A stretch of DNA of 64,000 nt from NCBI RefSeq assembly GCF_018977255.1, contig NW_024704743.1, positions 37,946,001 to 38,010,000 of the forward strand, in the 5' to 3' direction. Each line of letters opens with the position of its first letter. Positions within the stretch are counted from its first letter, which is position 1. Under the pieces are notes generated by a model. The model had not been told where the DNA came from. It did no database searches and was given only the letters and a program-made list of their open reading frames with translations. The DNA is from Callorhinchus milii. Taxonomy: Eukaryota. The position numbers and the translations under genes were made by a program. Shown one piece after another: positions 8,780 through 20,555 of the stretch.

Positions 8780-9738
8780 CGGCTTCGGCCTCGAGACGCC
8801 ACGGGGAGAAATCAGTTTCTGGGGTAAATATCCAACGTGTGTTTTGTTGGCGGAGAGAGTTGAGCCGCTGAAACTTATGCAAAGGACCTCGGACCTCGTT
8901 TCTCCCCCCACACACCGCCACTTGATCTGCGGGGAGTTTGGTTTGGTGTGGAGAGCCTCCGGGGTACATGGCTATCATCTGCCCTCCTGCCCACCCACTG
9001 GCCATTGTGGGGGCTCAGAGTACTCAGGACCTTATTTTTATCCTAATTCAAATTGCTCTTTCCAGACTCGAGTTGGGAAGAGCCGAATCAACAATGGTTA
9101 TAAATTAATAATCCTCGCGTTTGATATGGTGCCCTATCACCTGGAACGATAGAAAAGTAAGTGCGGCTGCAATTTTTCTGCGGAATACGCTACAAACCTG
9201 GTGTTGAGAAGTCTCTTAAGCATTTCACAGGACACACTAAAGCGGGTGAAAGGTGGCAGCCAACTTGGGCACAGCATTGACACACAAGCAGCCATGGAGT
9301 GGCTGTTTGTGGAATTAACTGATATGGTTGGCTATTAAATAATGTCGTGCTCAGTGTGTTCTTTGCAGCCTCGTATTTGTAAAAAAAACCATACGTACTA
9401 TTGCATTTCACAAAAATTCTCAAGGAACAGTGAAGGCAGCAAAAGGGCAAATTTACAACAACACTTCAGTAATTCTTATTAATGTGTTTCTTATGAAGTG
9501 ATTAGGTTCATTGAAAATTTCACATGTATGTAACAAATGCAACCATAATTATATAACCCAGGATCAAGCTTGGCTTGGATTGTTTCTAACCTGTTAGAAC
9601 TTTTGGCCCAGGAGTTAATTACGGGTCCACACTTACTTAATTCATTGCTGAACCAGACAGCAGGACAGTCAACTTAACTATCTATCAATGGTGCGTTGTT
9701 TGTTGAAGTCATTCAATGATGAGAATTTGTGTGTGCTT

Positions 9739-9753
9739 ATTAAACAAAATAAA
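9739..9753 (+). terminator. Candidate HSCB polyadenylation signals (ATTAAA 9739-9744, AATAAA 9748-9753)
   Basis: Tandem hexamers followed by T-rich sequence ~1 kb after the stop. Confidence 0.4.
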
Positions 9754-10477
9754 TCCACTTTCCCTTTCTCTGTCTAAGGATTATATCCAGTCAATTAATC
9801 TGCTGATCACTTGGTTGCAATTTACAATTAAGTTTTTACAGTATTTTTACTGTCTTTGGGTATGTTGATACAACTATGCGTTGGAACTTAGGCAAAATGC
9901 TTTAATATGTATATTTAAGTTTTTTTAACTAATTCTCAAATTATTTTGAAAGCCCTTGCCATCATCAATTGTACAATTAGCAAATATGCAAACACCATTA
10001 CACATTTCACACACAAGTATAATGATTGTTTTTCAAAGTTCAAGGAAGTATGATATAATAGTTTTGAAGCTTGAGGTTGCACTCTCCTGTATTGCCAACC
10101 TCTACTCTTGGAAGGATCAAGAAAAATTCACCCTCTCATGCAAACTGCATGGAAACCTGGAGATTTATTATCACAAAACTAAAAACCGTGTGCTAGACTG
10201 ATGCAAATATGCTGCATTTACAGTAGGGATGATTATCTGCCCTAATGCATGTCCTTGCAGAGAAACAGTTAACTGATAATTGGACATTATGCAAAAACCA
10301 AACTGCAGTGAAAATGAAAACATCCTTCCAATAAGCATTATGACACTTGTACCATGCTGTGCCAGACTTTCTCAGTCACACACTCTTGTGACTCTTTATA
10401 TCTCCCAACACTTATCTTTCTATCTTTTCTCTACTTCTTTGCCTTCACTGCACTAAATTGCTCAGGACAAAAAAGGG

Positions 10478-10790
10478 TACTTTGCTCAGTTGGTAACACC
10501 TGAGTTAGAAGATTGTGGGGCTATGCCCCCCTTTTGGGGAATTTGGGCTAGTCTAGGCTGATACTAATTTAGTGCCGGGGAGCAGGCGAATATAAAGAGC
10601 CCAAGGCACTTTTTGGATAAAAGAAAGTAGGTTTCCCCCAGTGTCCAAGCCCACAATCTCCCTGATAGTTTTTGTCAATCACTTTATGTATGTTTGTGGG
10701 ACGTTGCTGTATGTAAATTGGCTACTTTGTTTGCCTACAAATGTCACTGCATTTACAGTTAATCTTGTGAAGTGCTTTTGAAATGTTTTT
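10478..10790 (+). mobile_element. Older degenerate Deu-domain tRNA-SINE
   Basis: A-box-like head GCTCAGTTGG and Deu-like core TTGCTGTATGTAAATTGGCTAC. Confidence 0.6.
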
Positions 10791-10813
10791 ACAATATGAT
10801 AAAAGTATGATCA

Positions 10814-11127
10814 GAGTCCTGTAGCTCAGTGGTTAGAGCACTCGCTTTGCAAGCGAGAGATCTGAGTTCAATTCCAGGCAGAGGGCGAAACCTTGGGCAA
10901 GTTTCCTTACTCCACACAGAGCCTAATAATAATCCCTCCAAAACCAAAAACAATAATAAATTGGTCATTTTCAATCCACGACTGTTTGTGGGACATTGCT
11001 GTGCGCAATTGGCTGCCACGTTCGCCCACAAATATACAGTCAATTCACTTTACAGTATATTCTGTGAAGCGCTTTGGGACGTCAAAAGACGTGAAAAGCG
11101 CTATATCAAATGCAAGGATTATTATTA
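10814..11127 (+). mobile_element. Full-length tRNA-derived Deu-domain SINE with (TTA)n tail
   Basis: Head TAGCTCAGTGG...GTTCAATTCC; core GCTGTGCGCAATTGGCTGCC; L2-like 3' stem-loop; sister copies at 39346-39666 and 57343-57698. Confidence 0.85.
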
Positions 11128-12995
11128 AAGTGATAGAGCAAAAGAGAATTTTTAAAAATTCTGTGAAAAGCTGCAATCGTGCACACAATTTTTTGTAAGT
11201 ATCTCATAACTGTATGGTCAAGGCACGTAGATAATTGGAACGTTATCCATTTTACTGGATTTTAAACAGTATTGCTCTATCCACACCCAATTTAGACTAC
11301 AAATCCATTTGAAGAGGGTGGAAAATATTAGCAATTAGTATTGCTAAGATATGTTAATTGCATTATTTTGTATCAGAACATGGATGTCTTGTTCTGTGCA
11401 CAGTTGCTAACATGTTGAGTTATTTTCACTCCATTGTATCACTAAATCAGTTTTATTTCTGTATATAGTACTTCATAAATTGTAAGATCACTGTTGTACT
11501 CTATTGTAGAAAAAACATGGTTTGTGCTCAAGATCTGACAATTAACATGGCGTGCAAGAATACTTTCCATTTGCTTGTTTATGTTTGGATTTGTTTTGTA
11601 TCAAACAAACATTGAACTGTGGAGTAAAGAGAGAAAATAAACATATCCAGTGAAAATTTTCATTTAGAGCGTTTTCATTTTTTCAGATCTACACTTTACA
11701 AGTCTAAGCAAGAAAAATCAAGCTGTTTTCCATTCACATTACTTGTAAATTATGTATCCAAATGGTTTTGCTTCAGTGTTTTGACACTTAAAATGAGGTT
11801 TTACTGTAAAACCTTGATTTATCTTGGTATCTCTTATTTTGCAGTTGTTATTTTGCCCCAAATCCTGTCATTGTATCACTATGTAAATTGGTCCTGCATT
11901 TAGGGGACAGACACCTGTTCAGTTGGTTGTTAAAAATTCTATGACACTTTCTCCCGGTTACCTGACCAATAATCCTCCAGATAAAATTGGTCATTTGCTT
12001 CATTGCCGGTTTGAGTGCTTCAAGCTGCTACCCTGCATGAATGATGTTATATAAAAGCAAGTTGTTTTTGTTGTTGGGACATTGTTGTGTACAAATTGAA
12101 TGCCCATTTACCTACAAATCAGTTATTACTGTAAATCCTATTAAGTGCTTTGATTTGACATCCACATAAGGCACTTTATAAAATGCAAAGATTCTTAGTT
12201 AACTACAACTTGCAATATTTAGCACCCTTCATCTGGGGTAGTGTCTCGGACCACTTAACAGTGGTGGAGCTTGACACCGAGCTGGGGAGAAGGGGGAGAT
12301 GTACAGCACGGTTGAACAGGAAGGTCTTCAGGAGTGTTCTGAAGATCACCCCAAGTGCTCTGGGACGCTATCCTGCTTGAGCCGTGCTATATAAATTCAA
12401 GTTGTTGTTGAAGCTGGGAAAGGCGGAGGATTGAGCCAGAATTCCATAGTTTGGGGGTGTAATGGCTGAAAGCCACAAAATAGTAATTTTACAGTATATT
12501 TTGTGAAGTGCTTTGAGACACTCAATGTTAAAAGTGCTACATGAAATGTTAGGGTTATAAAATAATGTGCATGCTTTGTTAGACCATTAAGATGTGCCAT
12601 AAATTGGTAGGATGGGGGATACTATATTATAATTGCATCTTCCCCATGCAGTGCCTGACACTTCTTGGGCTATAAAAGAGGAATCTAAAGAATCCTAAAC
12701 ACTTCTACGCAATGAGTGAAGATCATCAAAAGATCTATCTGGGATCAGATTGTTTTTGTTTGGGTGGTGGGGAAGAGGATGAAAGAAAAGTATAAAACCT
12801 TTCTCAGTTCCAGTAGCTTAGATACCATGTCAATTAATAAAATTCAGCAAATACATCAAAGTGAAAGGTTCTAGGATTGTTTTAGCTGATAAGCCAACTT
12901 TAGCTGTTTCTGTACTATATGTAGTATTTACATGCCAACAAAATACTGATTACTATTTATTTTTTTACCTAGGTTGAAGCTTTCAATTCATCATC

Positions 12996-14333
12996 ATGGG
13001 TGTTCATGGATTGACGGGCTACATTGATGAAAATCATCAGTTCTTTAATAAAGTCAAGTTGCAAAATACCAAAATTATCATTGATGGCAATAACTTGTTT
13101 CATCGCCTTTACTTTGACTCTGCCCTGGATTTTAAATATGGTGGTGATTATGATTTATTTACCAATGCCATACACACGTTCTTTGAAGCACTTTCTCAAT
13201 GTCATATTTGTCCTTATGTGGTCTTGGATGGTGGAAGAGATAGCACAGATAAAAAGATCGAAACGATCAAAGAACGTGCCAAAAACAAAATCCGAATTGC
13301 CCATGCTCTTTCAAGAGGGGATGGAGGAACATTGTTGCCAATACTTGCTGGACAACTGTTCAAACAAGTTTTATTTCAAATGCAAGTTCCTTTCGTCCAG
13401 TGTCACTCAGAAGCAGACCGAGAAATAGCTACTCTGGCTAATCAATGGGCTTGCCCTGTTCTATCACAGGACAGTGACTTTTGTATCTTTAACTTGAAAG
13501 CTGGTTATTATCCTCTAAAGAACTTCAAATGGAAGAACACTAGTGTTTCTAAAGACAGTTCAGGCCTCTATATTCCAGCCCTGTGTTTCTCCATTGAAAA
13601 GTTCTGTACCTATTTTAGCAATATGAATAGAGACCTTCTCCCCCTCATTGGAGTATTAATCGGCAATGATTATGTGAATCTGGCTTTGGATACTTTTTTC
13701 AGTAAGGAGTGTTTTCCTATTGGGCGCTCTGCTTCAAGTGGAAGAAAACACATCCGCATCCATGGACTCCTAAAATGGCTCTCAGGATTTGCAGAGCCAA
13801 AGGCTGTAATTGAAATCATTCTGAAGTATTTCAACGAAAAGGATCAGGAGGAACTTCGAAAATGTCTCCCTGTTCTTATGGAGGACTACACTGAGTCAGA
13901 AGTAGATCTTGCGGTATTCTTTCAGAGTGGTAAAATGGGGTTCTCCCATGTTCCAGCTGCGTTGGCCAGCAAAGTTCCAGAGTGGCTGATAGTTACTCTG
14001 ATGAATGGCAACATGGCCCCATTTATTAGTGACTGCTTAGTCATGCGAGGTGTTTTTCTGCCTTCTCAAGTGGAGAACACGCGCAGGCCAAGTAGTCATA
14101 ATTGTTCATTGCATATTCGCAATGTTATGTATGGACTGTTGTTAAATAGCAATGAGATTTCTCCAGATTCTACATTTAATTTCTCTAGTGCAGAGTCAGG
14201 GAAGACAAACTCAGTTGCTGAAAAACAGTGTAAAATGTTTTATGTGGAGGAATTTGATAGGCATGAACAATCCCTGAAAAAAAACACCATTCAAGCAAAA
14301 CCTGGAAGATATTCACTGAACCAACTACCGGAG
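12996..14333 (+). CDS. ASTE1: ASTE1 (asteroid homolog 1, XPG/PIN-like nuclease) coding exon 1; exon starts 12973
   Basis: MGVHGL..IIDGNNL..VVLDGG..SEADREIA..SQDSDF XPG-family motifs; acceptor CCTAG|12973; donor GAG|GTAAGT. Confidence 0.95.
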
Positions 14334-14393
14334 GTAAGTTTTAAATATAAATTGCACATGACTTGTAGCTACTAATAAGATGGTTTAGATGTA

Positions 14394-14526
14394 TACAGTG
14401 AACATCTGACTCGGGAAAATTCCAGATTTAATTTCCAGTGTGTGATGATCTCAGTCAGGTACAGTGAACATCTGACTCGGGAAAATTCCAGATTTAATTT
14501 CCAATGTGTGATGATCTCAGTCAGGT
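14394..14526. repeat. 66-bp direct tandem duplication in an ASTE1 intron
   Basis: TACAGTGAACATCTGACTCGGG...CTCAGTCAGG occurs twice with one mismatch. Confidence 0.9.
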
Positions 14527-14853
14527 TCCATAATTGCCCTGGGTTAAGGGTGGGGAGAAATGGGAAGTCGTCAGGGTTGCTACTCTTGATTGCCAGTGAT
14601 GATCAAATAGTCTGCCAATCCCCAATATTAGAGGATCTCAAAGGTATAATGGCAACTTGACCATGTACCAGGAACTATCCCTAATAAAAAGGGGAAAAAA
14701 GGTCAAATGGTTTCAGGAAAAGCATGAGAAAAATTGATTTGGAATAAATTTTATGTTGTCCAAATAGCAATCGTAAATGAGCTGTATCAAGTGTGAAAAA
14801 TTACAAAAGGATTGATTTGTTTTCATGTCTTGATTGCATTTGGTATCTTGCAG

Positions 14854-15061
14854 ATTTCTGCATCTGTCAAAGCCAGCTATCTCTTGGAGGCTCTTGAAGT
14901 GAAACCTGATGTCCTGCCCTTACCAGCTCATTTGCAATTACCTGTTATCATAACCTGCTATTGGATGACGCATGCTGAACCCAGAGTAACATTATTTCAC
15001 CTCCAGGCTCTGCTGCTTTGCTTTATGACTGGAGAATTGCATAAAATGATATGTGAAGCAG
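14854..15061 (+). CDS. ASTE1: ASTE1 coding exon 2
   Basis: TTGCAG| acceptor and G|GTAAAA donor; 'LPAHLQLPVIITCYW'; phases consistent. Confidence 0.9.
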
Positions 15062-16256
15062 GTAAAATGTAGCAGGAAAAAAGGTTTAATGCCTAGGTTT
15101 AGTTTATTGTAAACCAGTCTAATGCTGAAGTACATGAGTACGTATACTTGTGCAGCACTGTGGATTTGGTGTTTTTGCCTTCAGTTTCTTTACACATAGT
15201 AAGTAGTAAGTTTGTGATCATAGTCAAGACTGTCTGGGCCAAATTAGAAAATGTAAGAGGATAAGTCAACCTATAATTCTGATATTTCAATTCGATTCAA
15301 AACCAGGATTGTTAGAAGGTTAACTGTTTATCTGCTATAGTTTAGTTACTGACTAAATGCTGTTTGTGTGTCTCAACGTGGTTCTGGGAAATAATCTTCC
15401 AAAACGAAAAGGGAGAGAACAAAATTATATATTCTAAGGTGCAGATTTATAGCATATCTAGTGTTGAATGCTTTTAGAGAGAATGTGCTGCATTTGTATA
15501 AATATCAGTTTTTGTATTAGAGGATTCTTCACTAGGAAGTAGAGATGTTTCTTGTATGTTATAAAGAGGCAGTTATAGAAGTATTAAAAGGTAAATTCTA
15601 AGAAATGACATTGAAATACTTGACATTTTACTGTTCACTTTTTTAAATTATAGCATATGTTAAATGTTAAAAGAAAAAAGGTAACGAGTGATTTTTTTAT
15701 ATAGTATTCCACATGTCTTTCAAAATTGCTATTTCTTAACTATTTTATTTGATTTGTGTTGAAATGTTTGAAAGTACTTCACAACATTTTCTGTGAAGTG
15801 CAGTGAATGCAGCAAATTTGTATACAGCAATGTCCACAAACAACCANTTTTTTTAAAATTGGGTTGTAGTTGGCCTGAACACCGGGAGATACTCCCTTCT
15901 AATTTCAAATATTGCTATTTTTAACATCCACCTGAACAGGCAAACGTGACCATGGGTTAATGTCTCATCAAAAGGACAATATCTCCAACAATGCACTATT
16001 CCCCCAGCTTTGTACTGAAGTGTCAGCCTCGACTATGATTGTTAAGCCACTTGACCTGAGCAATATATTGTCTGCTTTACAGTCAGAACAGAATTCTGGA
16101 TTTGAAACTATTTAATGAGACATTCCAGTGACATTACGTAAGCAGAAGCGCAAGTTGTAAAAACGCATATATTCGTAAGCTTCAGTGTAATGTGAGAGTT
16201 GCATTTTGTTGAGGTTCAAAATGATGCACTAACATCACGGCTTCGTGTGTTAACAG

Positions 16257-16443
16257 ATAGCAGCGGCACTTTGGAATGTGGTGTTCAGATGGTGTATGAC
16301 AGATTGTCTCATCTGAAACCAAGGACACGAAACCTGGATGTAGACGTGGCCCATATCTTTTGTCAGTGGCAGAGTTGTCTTCTAATGGGGATCTACCTGA
16401 ACCAGCTGCTAGGCTGCCCTTTTCCAGAACCAGATCTTACACG
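16257..16443 (+). CDS. ASTE1: ASTE1 coding exon 3
   Basis: 'AHIFCQWQSCLLMGIYLNQLLGCPFPEPDLT'; ACAG| and CG|GTAAGG; phases consistent. Confidence 0.9.
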
Positions 16444-17013
16444 GTAAGGAAATGTAAACTGGGTATTGTCGGGAACTGCACAATAAAAAAACATGGCCAT
16501 TTGCACTTCTAACATGAATTTCACATCGACTGTTCACCCCCTTCCCTTCCAGTTGTAATGTTTACAAAGAATTCGGTAAGTGTGTGGTATGGCAACACCT
16601 GGCAAAGACTTCTAATCGTCTCAAATTTTAAGTAACAAGAAAACCCCTATTTTAAAGTTTCCATTTGACTGCAGTAGGTGATAATGATGTGTAAGTTACT
16701 CTTCTGTGGGAAACAAAACATACCTTCATTTTTTTTAATCATGAGATTTATTATGCATTCCTGGTTTTGAAAGTTATCGTAATTTGGGACAGCTGTGGCA
16801 TTTTCTGTGGTGCTAATAGCTCAACTCCTAATTTTTTAAAATTTGAATTACACAACTGTCATAGCAAGAACCTAAAATCTCTGGCCTACCGGTCAAGTAC
16901 ACTACTATATACATGTGTACTTTTTAACCACCAAAGTTTATTGTACTTTTTTGTGCAACACCAACTTGATTCTCTCCTAATATCTGCTTTTTTTCCCCCT
17001 TCATCCTCAAAAG

Positions 17014-17308
17014 ACTATACAGTGGGACCCGGGTTCATTTCACATACTATGAGCTGAAATTAGTTTCTGCTGATCATCTGTTGAAAGAATCTCCAACTGC
17101 ACATCAGATTTACCACTCGCTTCTCTGCACAGTAACTGCCACTGTACCTGGAGGATTCTTTCAAAAGAAAAGAAAATCTAAGAAATCAAAGGGAAAACAA
17201 GCAACTGCTTTAGCTGTATCTCTATTAGGTAAGAATAGTGTGGAAGACTCTGATTGGCATGATGCAAATAACCGATTTGCAGCCTTGAACACTGAGGATT
17301 TGAACTAA
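17014..17308 (+). CDS. ASTE1: ASTE1 last coding exon (spliced CDS 2028 nt, 675 aa)
   Basis: Pyrimidine tract plus AAG|; 'RLYSGTRVH...KKRKSKKSK...NNRFAALNTEDLN*'. Confidence 0.9.
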
Positions 17309-17779
17309 ATTTACAAATGAATTGAGCTAGATTGCTTTATAGCACAGCATCACCTGGAGCTCTACAATCTCCTGCGACCCTACTTCCCTGGTCAATCCCT
17401 CCGCTCGGCAAACAATGTCCGTCCAATTGTCTCCCCTCCCCCCCCCTCCCCCCCATGTGAACTCCATCCCCCACCTTGCCCCCTCTTTCGCAGCTTCAAA
17501 CCTCACCCTTAAGAAACATCTTCTTGACCCTCTCACCCGACCCAAATGGAACTCTTGTTAGTTTGAATAATTGCTTTTGAGATTTCTTCTCGGCTTGAAA
17601 GGCAAGATATAAATGTACATTTTTGTTATAGCGGCAAATCCAAATGCAGATTGTTGGGTAGATTTTTTAAATAGTTGTTTTTAAAATTCTTATATTTTGA
17701 GGGAAAACAAGATTTATGTGATTTTACGATACATAAAGAATTACATATAAAGCTGCTCAGGAATTGATCTGGCCCACAG

Positions 17780-17984
17780 ATCCTTTTCCTACCTGCCCGC
17801 ATTCCCCCATGCACAACAGATTCTCTAGTTTTCTCTCGATTTGCCGACACAGTTGCAACTGTGCTTTTCGGTAGTCCAAGTTCTTTGCAGATCACTGCCT
17901 GAGATTTGTTTTTCTCCTCTAAATCTTTTAACAATTTGCAGCTTCACTTGCAGTGACAACCTCCCTCTTACTCGCTGTCACCAT
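17780..17984 (-). mobile_element. Degenerate Tigger/pogo (CENP-B-type HTH) transposase N-terminus
   Basis: Across frameshifts it reads 'LSLQVKLQIVK/DLEEKNKSQAVICKELGLPKSTVATVSANREK', typical of HTH_psq/CENP-B N-termini. Confidence 0.7.
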
Positions 17985-20089
17985 TTTGGCTTGATTGCAG
18001 ATTGCAATACAGTCATGGGGGAAAAACATTTGTGTGTACTAGTTTGTTGATTCGGTTTAATGGATTGTTATATCAGGAGCTGTGTTGCTTCAGTGATCGC
18101 TGTATCGGTACACGGTACTCTTGTGCTCTAGGGGAGAATAACACCTCCATTTTGTCGAAGATACGTGGCCGGTCAGAGCGACCTGACAAACCACACTCAA
18201 CACTTAGCTTTCTATAAAATCTTTTGTGTTTATTCATTTTGTACAATTAAATATAAACTTATGCCTGCTTTTGGAACAATCACTACAAATATAACAAACT
18301 CTATAACTACAATCTAAACTAAAATACGTAACCATTGAGCCTCAACACTTGGGACCCCAGTAACAAATAAAAAGACTTTACTTGATTTTAAAACTTGTGT
18401 CAGGCCCTGAGGGTCGGAGTTTTCAGAGTTGTTAGTAGTGTTAGCCAAACTCCGATGCTCAAACACTCCCTCCCACTCTATAGCCCCCCCACCCACCTTT
18501 TATACCGCTCATCTCCCCCCAATCAGCCCCGAGCACCCGTGAATCCCCCCTCTAAGAACCCAAATAGTCAACCTATTAGCCTTTTACTACTTCATAGGGG
18601 TAAAAATCAATAGGAAAAACTGGGTCTCAATGTTGAGTTTATTTGACAAATCAGAGGGATCATAACAACCAGAGATGGGTATACCAAAGTCACCTTAATG
18701 GTCTGGACTGATTAACATTTGAAGTCACCAAGTGGCTATAAGTAACTAGAATAGTGCAGCTTATGTAATTGAAATAATTGCAGGCTTTTTATTTTACCAA
18801 ATTAAAGTAGCTGTTTACCTCGCATCTAATTACAGTCTTAAGAATTCCAGGCTGAGAAAAGCTAGATGAAAATACAGCTTCAGAAAACATTTTCAGCTCT
18901 TGGTCTCAAATACCCATTGCCTTTTCCCCAACAAGTAGTTTTGCTGCTTTCAGTCATAGGAAATTTGTCCAATTGCCACAAATTCTAATACACACTCCTT
19001 TCAAAATTATGGCCTGTAAAATGTTGTGGATTTTAAAATCAGGAATTTCATGATGTATTTTGTGTCTGATTTTGTTCACTGAAATAACNAAAAAAGTCAA
19101 TCAGGGATGTAGTTAATTTTTAGTCTTGAGTTTAGAAATTGTGGGGAGTTTATCATTGAATCACGACGTCCAGCTACCAGTTTGTTAAAACAATGGCAGT
19201 GCTCCCATTCAGCAATCAGTGGTTTGGGATTCAATTGTCATCCTTCCGACAATACCACCTGAAGCTATGCAAGGTAATGAAAACCAAACAGAAATAGAAC
19301 GGTAAACAAGAGTCTCGGAATTTTTATATACATGAGACTTCACTGATTTGTTTTTAAAAAGCCTGGAGGGAGAAAATTCAATCTGCAATTTGCACACCTC
19401 TCTTAGATCAGGTTTTAATTCTCCCTAATTTCAAGCTTGTTATACATCCTAAAGTCAATAAAAGGAAGCAGTTATTCAATTTTGTCTCTATTCTGAGTTC
19501 TGGTTAGAAGAAATCTAACTAGTTTAACACAAGTATCACATTATTGCATGTCCAGATGTATTTACTACTGTTCATATCACAATGATGTTAAGATGTTCAC
19601 ATATTTACACAACTGTTTGAATTTTTGGGGAGGATTCAATCAGTAGAGCCTTGGAGATGTGACAGAAAATTAGGTAGCTTTGCTCCTGTTTTTTGTGCCA
19701 GCAGAGAGCTCAAACTTTCGAATGGCAGTTCACACATATAAATATCTTAGCATTCAAAACAAATTGCTATGTCAACTCACTTCATCTCTGGAGTTTTTGA
19801 TTATTGACTTGTTTTGAGTTAATGTTCCACATTGGCCCATTTTGTATTCCATTATTACCTACTGTAAACTAATCCAGCAAAAATATCATCATAAGTTGAT
19901 CTCCAATGTGGTATTGCATAATCGTTGAAAATGTTTGAATTTAATTGAAGGAATGTTGTAATTAATACTGTTTGAGGAAAAATGTAACTGAATTTGATAC
20001 ATGATAAATTAGTAAAATTATTGCATTTTCAAAATAAAGATTTTTGTAATGTAATATTTGGGTATCCATTTTGTGCTGGAGTAAAGTAC

Positions 20090-20380
20090 AGTAATCCTTG
20101 CATTTGATATAGTGCTTTATCACTTCATTGAGGCGTCTCAAAGAACTTCACAGGATACTCTGTAAAGTGGATTGACTGTATATGTTATAGGTGAAACGCA
20201 GCAGCCAATTGCACACAACTCTTGGGGGATTGTTGGCCAGGACACCAGGAAAAACTCCCTTCCGTTTGTGAATAGTGCCAGTGGATCTTTAACGCCCTCC
20301 TAAAGAGGCGGGTGGGACCTGTTTAATGTCTCATCTAAAGGACGTAACCTCCGACAATCCAACCCACCCCTGGCACTGAT
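20090..20380 (-). mobile_element. Deu-domain SINE fragment
   Basis: Reverse-complement tail TAATCCTTGCATTTGATATAG and core GCAGCCAATTGCACAC. Confidence 0.7.
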
Positions 20381-20390
20381 TTAAGTTTTT

Positions 20391-20555
20391 ACACACACAG
20401 ACACAGACAGGAGACACACTCACACATACATTCAGAGGAGAGATACTCTCACACATACATAGACAGAGGAGACACATACAGACAGGAAACACACTCACAT
20501 ACACAGACAGGAAAGATACATTCACACATATAGTCAGGAGAGACACACACACACC
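20391..20555. repeat. Degenerate CA/GA-rich simple repeat
   Basis: Read directly. Confidence 0.8.

Noticed and set aside
7915..9005. Overlapping alternative-frame and antisense ORFs over HSCB
   Set aside because: Expected shadows of a very GC-rich coding sequence; low-complexity Gly/Ala/Arg/Pro products.
10814..10885. tRNA-Ala(TGC)-like gene
   Set aside because: It continues into a SINE body and tail, the acceptor stem is poor, and sister copies differ at the anticodon; it is a SINE head.
14394..14526. C/D-box snoRNA suggested by GTGATGA and CTGA motifs
   Set aside because: The boxes are in the wrong order within the unit and too close across units, with no terminal stem; a simple duplication explains it.
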